The notes below the pieces were generated by a model that did not search any database, was not told where the DNA came from, and saw only the letters and a program-made list of their open reading frames with translations. This document shows, one piece after another, positions 63,846-64,000 of a stretch of 64,000 bases of DNA (position 1 is its first letter; every line of letters starts with the position of its first letter). Made by a program: the position numbers and the translations under genes. The DNA comes from Eledone cirrhosa (taxonomy: Eukaryota), in contig OZ024742.1 of the NCBI GenBank assembly GCA_964016885.1, forward strand, positions 72,726,001-72,790,000, read 5' to 3'.

Positions 63846-64000
63846 GTATGTTCTTTGACCATGTACAGATTTTCTGTTTTAAAGTGAGTGACTTTTTGTT
63901 TTCGTTTTCATCATCATCATCATCACCGTTTTACGTCCGTTCTTCCACGTTAGCATGGGTTAGACGGGTTGTCCTGTTGTGGGCAGTGTCTGGTCGGCTG

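Overview
AT-rich, microsatellite-dense animal genomic DNA. The repeat landscape (OR/OK-like tRNA-derived SINEs, RTE LINEs with (GAT)n tails) suggests an octopod cephalopod; this is an inference. Two host genes point away from each other: the first coding exon of an ARFGEF1/2 (BIG1/Sec7-family) orthologue (minus, 28015-28138) and coding exons 1-4 of COPS5/CSN5 (plus, 55945-63845). These two genes are also near neighbours in human. The rest is a transposon mosaic. It includes an apparently intact Tx1/L1 LINE whose ORF2 is open for 1111 codons to the window edge, many RTE LINE pieces (one family with a PHD finger after the RT core), an RTE insertion with a twin-priming 5' inversion and TSD, a CR1-type LINE nested in an RTE relic, CRE-like REL-endonuclease fragments, a Chapaev3-like transposase, mariner and piggyBac derivatives, and several Penelope-like elements. 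The main hidden signal is a set of type I hammerhead ribozyme motifs (seven complete or near-complete plus one truncated, in four sequence families). Four of them sit in two large inverted duplications (38966-43050 and 46272-48967). One family has no coding sequence and may be a non-autonomous, retrozyme-like element.
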